From Chloroflexota bacterium (GTDB lineage: Bacteria > Chloroflexota > Dormibacteria > Dormibacterales > Dormibacteraceae), in assembly GCA_005879945.1 (NCBI GenBank), contig VBHX01000184.1:1-62332 (forward strand): a stretch of DNA of 62,332 bases, in the 5' to 3' direction. The notes under the pieces were generated by a model, which saw only the letters and a program-made list of their open reading frames with translations, was not told where the DNA came from and did not search any database. This document shows positions 27,070-35,680 of this stretch, in pieces (position 1 is the stretch's first letter; the number at the start of each line of letters is the position of its first letter). The position numbers were made by a program, and so were the translations under genes.

Positions 27070-28256
27070 CAGCTGGTCCTCTCGGAGTGCATGCGTGTCT
27101 GTTTGGCCGCGGCCCTTGCCACCCCGCATGCCGGGCAGAAGAGCATGGTCGGCACGACCCGATGGCACTCCGGGCACGGCGCGTCAGGACCGATATCGTG
27201 CACCGCGCCTTCGGCCAGCAGCGACTGGTGGATCACGAGCCGCATGTACATCAAGAGAGCGGTAGCGGCAATCGCACGGATCGCAACCTGGAGCACCAGG
27301 TCGGGCACGACCACGGCGAGAATCCCAAGGATGATCTGCGCGCCCACTCCGATCACGAGCGTCGCGAGGATGCTCGCCTCCCACTCGCGGCCGGCGTCGC
27401 GCAGGTCGTATCGATTGAGCCAGGTTGCCGCGGCGATCAAAGAAGTGGTGCTCGCGTTGACGAGCATCACGAGGACCCCTGCGTTCAGCAGGCGCAGGGC
27501 CCAGTCCAGCGGTTCGCCGCTTCCGACCAGCGGCCCCCCGAGCAGCGGCCACAGCGCGCTCAGCATCATCGTGAGGGTGAAACCGAGTGCCGAGGCCGCA
27601 CCGAAGGTGAGGCCGTCCAATGGTTCGCGGAGCCCACTCCTGAAGAAGTAAAGGAAGAGCGGCCCGACCAGCATCAAGGCCTGGGCGACGATCGGGAGGA
27701 CAACGCCGGCGACCAGAACATTGGTGCCGATATCCCTGCTGATCTCGAGTCCACCCACGGTTTCGCCAGTGAAAGACGTGAACGCGTAGCCGAGAACCGC
27801 GCCGGCAACCATCGTGGCCAGGATGAGCAGCCACGGCTCGGATTCGTAAACCTCGACCTCGTAGAGGTAGAGGAGGTAGAGCACCGGCAGGATGAAGACC
27901 GCCGCGATCGTCGCGGGCGCGAACAGATGCAGCGCGGCCAGTATCACCACCATCAGGACTCCGACGAGCAAGGCCCAGCGGAACGCGCCACCGCGCCGGT
28001 GAGGCAGGTGAGGAAACAGGGTCGAAACGATGGAAAGGTGCATGACCGGTTCCGAGGGCACGGCAGCGAATGCGTTCTGGCGGAATGCATCGCCGCGCGT
28101 CAGGTGGGCTCCGCAGTGACCGCAAAACTCACCGGCCGGAACCATCGATCCGCAATGCGGGCACATGACCAACGGCGGTCGGGTTGGCGTCTCGGCATCC
28201 GGTTTCTTCACCCGGCGATCGGGGCCACGACGCCTCTCGCCTCCCTCGGCGCTCAC
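27069..28256 (-). CDS. PrsW-like polytopic membrane protein flanked by N- and C-terminal zinc ribbons. The catalytic motifs are apparently degenerate.
   Basis: MCPHCGSMVPAGEFCGHCGAHL at the N-terminus and CPECHRVVPTMLFCPACG at the C-terminus. The core has the PrsW-type layout (…VYESEPW…, …PLDGLTFGAASALGFTLT…). The GTG at 28256 overlaps the S53 stop (GTGA); the longest ORF starts at 28286. Confidence 0.6.
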   Translation of the reverse strand: MSAEGGERRRGPDRRVKKPDAETPTRPPLVMCPHCGSMVPAGEFCGHCGAHLTRGDAFRQNAFAAVPSEPVMHLSIVSTLFPHLPHRRGGAFRWALLVGVLMVVILAALHLFAPATIAAVFILPVLYLLYLYEVEVYESEPWLLILATMVAGAVLGYAFTSFTGETVGGLEISRDIGTNVLVAGVVLPIVAQALMLVGPLFLYFFRSGLREPLDGLTFGAASALGFTLTMMLSALWPLLGGPLVGSGEPLDWALRLLNAGVLVMLVNASTTSLIAAATWLNRYDLRDAGREWEASILATLVIGVGAQIILGILAVVVPDLVLQVAIRAIAATALLMYMRLVIHQSLLAEGAVHDIGPDAPCPECHRVVPTMLFCPACGVARAAAKQTRMHSERTS

Positions 28257-29896
28257 GCTCCCCCTCCTTTTATGTAGAGGATCCACGCCGAGTCGAGGGC
28301 GGCCGCATCCATGCTGCCCCAGCCGGTCGCGAAGTCCCAGCCTGGGGCAGCATCAAAGGCGAGGTTGTTGCCGAACTTCACGTCATGGAACGGCGAGGCG
28401 GCGAACTTGGCCTGGTTCTCGCCCATCCAGTAGATGGCGGGGTTGGCGAACCCAGCCTCGCGCAGGCCTTTTCGTTTCAGATCCTGGTCAATGAGCGCGA
28501 CGGTCCCGGCCCACAACGGCGCGGCCGCGGAGGTGCCGCCGGCCTCGCCCTCCTGGCCGCCGAAGATGATATGGAACCCGGTCGCCGGGTCGGCGTCCGC
28601 GGCGACGTCGGGCACCTGCCGGTGGCCATGCCCGGAGGCCTGACTGACGATCTTCTGGTAGTCGGGCAGGTTGTAGAACTGGCTCGCACCGCCACCCGTG
28701 CCGGTCTCATCGATCGGCCCTCCCCAGGCTGCCTCTTTGAAGTACACGCCCTGCACCGATTCGAACACCGTGGTGCCGCCGACCGCGGTCACGCTCGGGA
28801 GGGTCGACGGAAAGCTCGCCGCCGGCGGCTGATCGATGCCGCAGGTGTACGCGCCGTTGTCGCCGCTGGCAATGAAATGGGACATGCCTTCGGCCGCAGA
28901 TCGGTCCTGGATGCTCGAGTACAGGTCGCGATGCCCAAGCGGTGTGTCCGTCTCGCAAGCGCCCAGGCTCTCGGAGATGATCGACCCGAGGTGGTCGCTG
29001 ACCAGCTGGTCGAATGCGCGATCCGCGTGCGTGAAGTCCGGCGCCGAAACGTAGACGACGATCTTGGCCGCCGGCGCGACTTCGTGAATGATCTCCAGGT
29101 CGAGCACTGATTCACCCTGCGGCTTTTCTGGCGTGCCCCACGACGTGTCGCGCTTGATCGTCACCAGGGGGTCGTAGGGCGGCAGGCCGAACTTGGTCGC
29201 GAACTTGTTGAGGTCGCTGAGGTTGGGCAGGTCGTCGATCTCGGGGAGGACGATGGTCACGCCCGACCCGTCGAGGCCCGCGTCGCGTAGGGGCTTCAAG
29301 TTGTAGAACGCGACTACGTCGGTCGGCGTCAGACCGCCCGGCCTCACCGTGTACGTGCGCGCGTGCCGGAAGTCATCCAGTCCCGTGACGCTGCTGACGA
29401 CGGCCGCGATCGCGGCTGAGAGGCGGGGGGTATCGAGCGAGGCATAGAAGGTGATTCCGCTTGCGAGGCGGTAGTTCTCGATGTCGATGGCAAAGAACGC
29501 CGCCACGGCCGGAGCGGGGCCACCGGCTGCGATCAGCGACGAGCCAGGCGTCCATGCGCCTAGGATGCCGCCGGAAGTCAGCTCACGCAGCGCCGCCTGC
29601 ACTTTCGCCGGATCCGGGCCGAACTGGGCCGCGTACTGCAGGGGTGTGACGGTCTGGCCGGAGGCCACGAGCCTCGCCAGGCCGCTCGGGTCGCGGCTCT
29701 TCAGAGCCAGGCTCAGGTCGACGTGCGTGCCGTCGCCGGCCGGACCCAGATGCTGGGCTTGCCTGATCGCGGTTGCGAGGAGGGGTGCCGGGGGGCTCAG
29801 CGCCTTGCCGGCCGTCGAGCTCCGGGCGGGTTGTGGCGCGGTGCAGGCCATCGCGGCCATGATCACGAGGGCGGGGAGCGCCCCCCATAGCCTCAC
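28253..29896 (-). CDS. S53 (sedolisin/kumamolisin-family) serine peptidase, probable lipoprotein or secreted
   Basis: Signal with ...VIMAAMAC, a pro-domain, then ESVLDLEIIHEVAPAA, ISESLGACE, ASGDNGA and GGTSAAAPLWAG. Confidence 0.85.
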   Translation of the reverse strand: MRLWGALPALVIMAAMACTAPQPARSSTAGKALSPPAPLLATAIRQAQHLGPAGDGTHVDLSLALKSRDPSGLARLVASGQTVTPLQYAAQFGPDPAKVQAALRELTSGGILGAWTPGSSLIAAGGPAPAVAAFFAIDIENYRLASGITFYASLDTPRLSAAIAAVVSSVTGLDDFRHARTYTVRPGGLTPTDVVAFYNLKPLRDAGLDGSGVTIVLPEIDDLPNLSDLNKFATKFGLPPYDPLVTIKRDTSWGTPEKPQGESVLDLEIIHEVAPAAKIVVYVSAPDFTHADRAFDQLVSDHLGSIISESLGACETDTPLGHRDLYSSIQDRSAAEGMSHFIASGDNGAYTCGIDQPPAASFPSTLPSVTAVGGTTVFESVQGVYFKEAAWGGPIDETGTGGGASQFYNLPDYQKIVSQASGHGHRQVPDVAADADPATGFHIIFGGQEGEAGGTSAAAPLWAGTVALIDQDLKRKGLREAGFANPAIYWMGENQAKFAASPFHDVKFGNNLAFDAAPGWDFATGWGSMDAAALDSAWILYIKGGGA

Positions 29897-30774
29897 TGGA
29901 ACACAGCTTCCCAGACCTCGGACTGGAAAGACAACTCGAACCCGAGCTTTTCGTAAGCATCAAAGGCACGTGTGTGGTTCCAGCCGTCGACGTACAGCGA
30001 GGACGATCGGGCACCGTCCCGGCAAAGCCGCCGCAGCGCCTCGGCCACCAACCATGTCGCCAGGCCCCGGCGCCGGTGCTCGGGAATGGTGCCCACCGAG
30101 CTCACCAGGCCCACGGGCTGCGGCCGGGCATCCTCGGTATAGGACTCGATGTGGGCGAGGGTGACCGCCGCCGGAACGCCGTCTTCGGTGACCGCCATCA
30201 GGGATAGGTCTGGCGGCCGGCCCGTCACCAGCTCCACCTCCAGCCGAGGCGAAAAGCGCCAGTGGTCGGCGAACGAGCGGTTGTGAACGTCTGACCAGCC
30301 GCCGGGCGCAACCTGCGTGCCGTCGCGCAGCCGGTATCCAGGCACGGTCACCGGTTCTGGGAGCGGGCGTTCGAGGCTCATGTCCATCCGCCACCAGGGA
30401 CGCACGAACTCCGCGCCGAGCTGCGCGAGGGCGTCCGTGTGGCCGCGCCCGCACCACACCTGGGCCGCGACGGCGCCGGCAGCTTTCGAGAGGCCGACGC
30501 CCCATCGGAGCATGTCCTGCCGCATGTCCAGGCGCTCAGACGCGGCGGATACCTGCGTCACGGTGCCTTTCGGGGTCGGGCGTCCGGCGACGAGGACCGC
30601 GCCCTCCAACCCTCGCCTGCCGTCGATCATCCTCGAGCGGGCGGCCCAATCAAACCCGGCCAGCAGCCTGCCGAGATGGGATTCCCCAGGGACGCAGTCC
30701 TGGCGGCCGGCCCGCACCTCGGCATGCCAGAGCTCGAGCACCGCGGGCAGATCCTCTGCGCGGCCGGGTCTCAC
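29893..30774 (-). CDS. Two-domain GNAT acetyltransferase (MshD-like architecture)
   Basis: Two GNAT halves; the second carries PEHRRRGLATWLVAEAL...LYVDGWNHTRAFDAYEKLGF. GTGA overlaps at both ends. Confidence 0.7.
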   Translation of the reverse strand: MRPGRAEDLPAVLELWHAEVRAGRQDCVPGESHLGRLLAGFDWAARSRMIDGRRGLEGAVLVAGRPTPKGTVTQVSAASERLDMRQDMLRWGVGLSKAAGAVAAQVWCGRGHTDALAQLGAEFVRPWWRMDMSLERPLPEPVTVPGYRLRDGTQVAPGGWSDVHNRSFADHWRFSPRLEVELVTGRPPDLSLMAVTEDGVPAAVTLAHIESYTEDARPQPVGLVSSVGTIPEHRRRGLATWLVAEALRRLCRDGARSSSLYVDGWNHTRAFDAYEKLGFELSFQSEVWEAVFQ

Positions 30775-32144
30775 GCGGTCGCCCTTGCCGTGACCTCGTG
30801 GACTTCTGGCAGTGCGCGCCGGATCTGCTCCTCGAGCTCCGTCTCGACCTGATGCGCCTGCTCGAGGCTGACGTCTCCGGCCAGCTCCGCGACCACGTGC
30901 GCGTGAATCCGGTTGTGGCGGTCGCTCAGCTCCACGTCGACCAGACGCTTCACCGCCGAGTGCGACCCGACCACATTGCGGATGCGGTCGGCCAGCAGTG
31001 CGCGGCGCTGTGTGACGTCTTCGCCGCGCACGACGATCGGCTCCATCGGTTCGAGGTGGATGTCGATGCGAGTCGCTTCCGGAAGCTCGCTCCTGAGGGT
31101 CTTCTCGAGGCGGGCGCTGGTCTTCGACGCCGAGGCCAGCGTCATGTCACCTGGCAGCTTCGCGTGCATCGTGAGGTGGAGCGAGCCGTCGCTCTCGCGC
31201 TCGACAGTGACGTTGTGAAGGTCTCGCACACCGCCGTTCCGGGCGGCAGCCGCGTGCACGCGTTCAACGAGGTCGCTTGGCTGCGACTGGCCCTCGACAA
31301 GCACCGTCAGGTCGAGCTCTGGCAGCGCTGATCGTGCTGCCCTCTTGACCTCGTCGACGAGACCGGCCGCGGCTTCAAGGGGCAGCATGCGCGCCGTGGC
31401 GATGCTGGCATCGCCGAGCAGGAGTGGTCCCGAACGCCTGACCCGCACCGAGCGCACCTCGCGAACGCCATCGACTCCATTGATCGCCGAGCGCAACTTG
31501 CGCTCGGCTCCGGCCGGTGCGCGGTCGATGAGGATGTCGCCGGACCGCCAGGCCAGCTGAGTCGCCGCCCGCGCGATGATCACCGCGACCAGCAGCGCCG
31601 CCGCGGAGTCCGCCCAGGCCACACCCATGCGCACGCCGGCCAACCCGGCGAGGACGCCCACGGTCGCGAGCACGTCCGACCAGCGGTTGGTGGCGTCTGC
31701 CTGCAGAGCGTCGCTGCCGGCTTCCCGACCGACCCTGCGCAGCACGGCTGCGCGGCCGAGCTCGATCAAGAGCGTCGCGATCAGCAGCGCGAACGCGTAG
31801 TCCGCGGCGTTGACCGCGCCGCCTCCCGCTAGCAGCCGGCGGATGGCCTCGAACGCGATGCCCGCTGCGGTGATCAAGAGCAGGACGCCCTCGGCAAACG
31901 CGGCCAGGTTCTCGGCGCGACCATGGCCGTAGGGGTGCTCCGTGTCCGCCGGCTTGCGGGCCGTGCGCACGGCGAAGAGCGTGAACACACTCGCGGCCAG
32001 ATCCAGCAGCGAATGGACGGCCTCGCTGATGATGCCGAGGCTGCCGGTCAGCAGTCCGACGATCAGCTTGCCCGCGACTATCGCCACGCCAATGACGACG
32101 GAGCCGAGAGCGACAAGCTCCGGCCGCCGTCCTAAACCCCTCAC
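30771..32144 (-). CDS. Cation diffusion facilitator (CDF) transporter with three tandem C-terminal cytoplasmic domains
   Basis: TM core SEAVHSLLDLAASVF...EHPYGHGRAENL. Three ~70-aa repeats follow, of the pattern V(R/K)..h.V.V........h...h.h......L..A…E.E, starting at VREVRSVRV, VRDLHNVTV and VKRLVDVEL. Confidence 0.85.
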   Translation of the reverse strand: MRGLGRRPELVALGSVVIGVAIVAGKLIVGLLTGSLGIISEAVHSLLDLAASVFTLFAVRTARKPADTEHPYGHGRAENLAAFAEGVLLLITAAGIAFEAIRRLLAGGGAVNAADYAFALLIATLLIELGRAAVLRRVGREAGSDALQADATNRWSDVLATVGVLAGLAGVRMGVAWADSAAALLVAVIIARAATQLAWRSGDILIDRAPAGAERKLRSAINGVDGVREVRSVRVRRSGPLLLGDASIATARMLPLEAAAGLVDEVKRAARSALPELDLTVLVEGQSQPSDLVERVHAAAARNGGVRDLHNVTVERESDGSLHLTMHAKLPGDMTLASASKTSARLEKTLRSELPEATRIDIHLEPMEPIVVRGEDVTQRRALLADRIRNVVGSHSAVKRLVDVELSDRHNRIHAHVVAELAGDVSLEQAHQVETELEEQIRRALPEVHEVTARATA

Positions 32145-33151
32145 TACTTCAGCATGGCGGCGGACGCGAACAGCTGCTCCTCCGAGCCCAGCGCGATGAG
32201 GAGGTCGCCGTCTTCCAGCCGCATGTCGCCGTTCGGGTTCACATGCACGGTGCCGTCGCGGCGCCGCAGCGCCAGAAGCTTGGCCGCATTCGGGCTCAGG
32301 AGCCCGGCCTCGGCCAGCGTCTTGCCCACCGCTGCCATCTCCTGCTTGACCAGCATCTCCTCGACGGCAATCTCCGACATTCCGTGGTGCAGCGTGTCGA
32401 GCACATCGACCAGCGCCGGCCGCACCGCCAGCTCGGCCATGCGGTGGCCGGCCATCTGGTAGGGAGAGATGACGCGGTTGGCGCCGGCAAGCTCCAGCCG
32501 GCGAATCGATTCAGGCCGGCCGGCGCGCGTGATTATGTAGAGCTGTGGCCGCAGCGCGCGGGCCGCCAGCGTGATGTAGACGGCGCGCTCGTCGGAGTCG
32601 ACCGCGGAGATCAAGCCGCGCGCGCGCTCGATGCCCGCAAGCTTGAGGATCTCCTCGCTCGACGCGTCGCCCTCGACGTGGAGCCGGTCCTCGTTGCGCA
32701 GCCGCACCAGCGCCTCTTCGGTCTGGTCGATGACGGCATAAGGAACCTTGTACTCCTCGAACTCGGCGACGATCTGCGTGCCGATGCGGCCGTAGCCGCA
32801 GATGATGAAGTGATCCGTGAGGTGGTTGAGCGCGCGTTCCAACTGCCGCTCTCTCCTGTAATTGACAAACGTGTTGTCCGTGAGCGTCTCAGCGAAGACG
32901 CCGAAACCGTAGAGCATCGTACCCACGCCCACCACGATCAGCGTGGAGGTGAACAAACGGCCCGCAGTTGACAGCGAGTGAAGCTCGCTGTAGCCGACGG
33001 TGCTGATGGTGATGATCGTCATGTAGAAGGCGTCGAGGAGATTCCACCTCTCGATGAGCATGTAGCCCGCGATGCCGTAAAGGATCACGAGCAGGAGCAG
33101 AACCGCAGGGAGCCGGAACCGGATCAGCGGGTGCGGGAGCCGCTTCTTCAC
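32144..33151 (-). CDS. Two-TM K+-channel-like protein with RCK (TrkA-N/TrkA-C) domains; the filter reads TVGYSE
   Basis: Pore helix and filter FYMTIITISTVGYSE, Rossmann FIICGYGRIGTQIV, and a TrkA-C-like C-terminus. Confidence 0.85.
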   Translation of the reverse strand: MKKRLPHPLIRFRLPAVLLLLVILYGIAGYMLIERWNLLDAFYMTIITISTVGYSELHSLSTAGRLFTSTLIVVGVGTMLYGFGVFAETLTDNTFVNYRRERQLERALNHLTDHFIICGYGRIGTQIVAEFEEYKVPYAVIDQTEEALVRLRNEDRLHVEGDASSEEILKLAGIERARGLISAVDSDERAVYITLAARALRPQLYIITRAGRPESIRRLELAGANRVISPYQMAGHRMAELAVRPALVDVLDTLHHGMSEIAVEEMLVKQEMAAVGKTLAEAGLLSPNAAKLLALRRRDGTVHVNPNGDMRLEDGDLLIALGSEEQLFASAAMLK

Positions 33152-33166
33152 CGCTCCGGCCGGCGC

Positions 33167-34585
33167 TCAGCCGCCTCCGCCAGGTCCTTCGAGACCGGGC
33201 CTGGTCATCTTGCCGACGTCGAGGAGCTTGTTCAGCACCGACTCGGAGACTCCGCGTTTGCGCGCGAGCTCACGGATCGAGCGGCCCGTGCGGATCGATT
33301 CCTTGGCGATCTTCGCCCCTTCGTCGTAGCCGATGGCCGGAGTCAATGCAGTCGCCAGCATGGGGCTGCGCTCCACCAGCTCGGGGCCGCGTTCGGTCGC
33401 CTTCAACCCTTCCACACAGCGCTCGCGGAAGTTGCGCGCCGAGGCCGCGAGCAGAGTTATCGACTCGAGTCCCGCTACGCCGGCCACCGGCATCATCACG
33501 TTGAGCTCGAAGAAGCTGCCGGACTGTCCGCACACCGTGACCGTGAGGTCGTTGCCCAGCACTCGGGCCGCGGCCATCGCCATCGACTCGACGATGACCG
33601 GATTCACCTTGCCTGGCATGATGCTAGACCCCGGCTGCGTCTCGGGCAGGCGAAGCTCGCCGAGCCCGGCGACCGGACCCGTGCCCATGAGGCGAATGTC
33701 CGAACCGATCTTCCAGAGACTGACCGCAATCGTGCGCAGCGCGCCGTGCGCGGCCACCGGCACGTCGAGCGTGGCCTGGGCGTGGAAGTGATTGCGGGTC
33801 TCGTGGATCGGAAGCCCGGTGTCCTTCGCGAGGCGTGCGCACGTCAGCCGCGCGTAGTGCGAGTGCGAGTTGAGGCCGGTGCCGACCGCGGTCCCGCCAA
33901 GGGGCACGCTCGTCAGCTCGTCCACCGCTGCCCGCGCGCGGCGGACCGATTCCTCCACCTGGCCCGCGTAGCCCTTGAACTCCTGGCCCAACCGGACGGG
34001 CGTGGCGTCCATCAAGTGAGTCCGGCCGGTCTTGATCACCGGCCAGAATTCCTTGCTCTTCGCATCCAGTGCTTTCTGCAGGCGTTCGAGCGCCGGGATC
34101 AGCTCATTTGCGATCGCCACCGCCCACGAGATCTGGATGGCGGTCGGGATGACGTCGTTGGACGACTGGCAGAGATTGACGTGGTCGTTGGGATGAATGA
34201 GCTTGGATCCGCGCTCGCCGCCGAGGATCTCGGTCGCGCGATTCGCGATGACCTCGTTCGCGTTGGTGTTGGTCGAAGTGCCGGAACCGGTCTGATAGAT
34301 GTCGATCGGGAACTGGTCGTCGAGCTTGCCGTCGACGACCTCCTGGGCGGCCCTGGCGATCGCGCGCGCCCGGCGTTGCGAAAGCAGGCCGAGCTCGCCG
34401 TTGGTCTGCGCGGCGGTCTTCTTGATCAGCCCGAGTGCTCGGATGAACCGGCGGGGGAACGTCGCGCCTGAGATGGGGAAATTGAGGACCGCGCGCTGCG
34501 TCGAGGCGCCGTAGTAAGCGTCGGCCGGCACCTCAATCTCTCCCATGGAGTCGCGTTCCACGCGCACCTCCTTTTTCTCGGCCAC
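33167..34585 (-). CDS. Class II fumarate hydratase / aspartate ammonia-lyase family enzyme
   Basis: GSSIMPGKVNP signature, TGSGTSTNTNANEV, HPNDHVNLCQSSND, KTGRTHLMDATP. The sequence mixes FumC-like and AspA-like (VPADAYYG) features, so I leave the subfamily open. GTG at 34585 (VAEKKEVRVERDSMG). Confidence 0.88.
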   Translation of the reverse strand: MAEKKEVRVERDSMGEIEVPADAYYGASTQRAVLNFPISGATFPRRFIRALGLIKKTAAQTNGELGLLSQRRARAIARAAQEVVDGKLDDQFPIDIYQTGSGTSTNTNANEVIANRATEILGGERGSKLIHPNDHVNLCQSSNDVIPTAIQISWAVAIANELIPALERLQKALDAKSKEFWPVIKTGRTHLMDATPVRLGQEFKGYAGQVEESVRRARAAVDELTSVPLGGTAVGTGLNSHSHYARLTCARLAKDTGLPIHETRNHFHAQATLDVPVAAHGALRTIAVSLWKIGSDIRLMGTGPVAGLGELRLPETQPGSSIMPGKVNPVIVESMAMAAARVLGNDLTVTVCGQSGSFFELNVMMPVAGVAGLESITLLAASARNFRERCVEGLKATERGPELVERSPMLATALTPAIGYDEGAKIAKESIRTGRSIRELARKRGVSESVLNKLLDVGKMTRPGLEGPGGGG

Positions 34586-34749
34586 CCACGGAGATTCTAG
34601 AGTGGGACCAAATGCGGCTAATACGGGCGAGGCAGGCCTCGCCCGTGTGAAAATCTGACAACGCACCATTCCTGGAGGCGTTTGGAAGGGGCATAGGTGA
34701 CGGCCGGAATAATCCAGCCTGCAGCTCCACTGGGTTACTTTTCAAACTT

Positions 34750-35643
34750 ATGCGGCTCGCGGCGGTGGACATCGGCAGTAACACGGTTCACGTGCTCGTC
34801 GCCGACGTCGTCCGGAACAAGCTCCAGGACGTTGCCCACTACGTCGAGATGCCGGAGCTTGGCGCGCGTGTCGCGCGCACCGGCGTCATCGGCACCAAAG
34901 GCCGTATCGCCATCCGCGCCCTCCGGACCGTAATCGCCAAGGCGCGGAAGCATGGCTTCGACATCCTGCTCGCCGCCGCGACCGAAGCCGTGCGGCAAGC
35001 TTCGGACGGGGAGGCTTTCGCGCGTCATGCGGGGGAGGCGATAGGGGTTCCCGTGCGGATCATCTCGGCCCGGCGCGAGGCGGAGCTCAGCTTCCGGGGT
35101 GTGGCCAGCCGCCACGCCGCCCGGCGAGAGTGGGTGATGGTCGACCTCGGCGGCGCTTCGACCGAGGTCGTGGTGGCGCGAGGCCACGAGATGCTGCACT
35201 CAGCGGCCCTGACGATCGGGTCGGGTGTGCTCGCGAGCACATACCTGTCGGACCCGCCCCGGCCGGAGGAGCGGGCGCGCTTGCGCCGAGCCGCCCTCAG
35301 GGAGCTCACGCATGCGCCCGACGGCGACGTCGAACGCCTGGTGGCCACAGGCGGCACCGCCTCGAACCTCCCGTTCGTCATGTCGCGGCGCCACCCTCCC
35401 GGCGTCCTGACCACCGACGATCTGCTCACTTGCGAAGGCCGCCTGGATGGCCGCCGCGCCTCCGAGGTGGCGAAGAAGGTCGCCCTGCCTCCAAACCGGG
35501 TCAAGGCCATGCGGGCCGGCGTCGAGGCCCTGCTCCTCTTCCTCGACTGGTACGGCCTGACCCTGCTCCAGATCAGCCATGAGGGGCTCCGCCACGGGAT
35601 GCTGCTGGCGTACCTGGAGCGGGGCGAAGATTGGTGGCGCTGA
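34750..35643 (+). CDS. Ppx/GppA-family phosphatase (N-terminal actin-like domains only)
   Basis: MRLAAVDIGSNTVHVLVADV...DLGGASTEV...VATGGTASNL. Confidence 0.85.
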   Translation: MRLAAVDIGSNTVHVLVADVVRNKLQDVAHYVEMPELGARVARTGVIGTKGRIAIRALRTVIAKARKHGFDILLAAATEAVRQASDGEAFARHAGEAIGVPVRIISARREAELSFRGVASRHAARREWVMVDLGGASTEVVVARGHEMLHSAALTIGSGVLASTYLSDPPRPEERARLRRAALRELTHAPDGDVERLVATGGTASNLPFVMSRRHPPGVLTTDDLLTCEGRLDGRRASEVAKKVALPPNRVKAMRAGVEALLLFLDWYGLTLLQISHEGLRHGMLLAYLERGEDWWR

Positions 35644-35680
35644 ACCGTTAAGCGGGGAGGCCCGTGGGTAGGATGAATTC

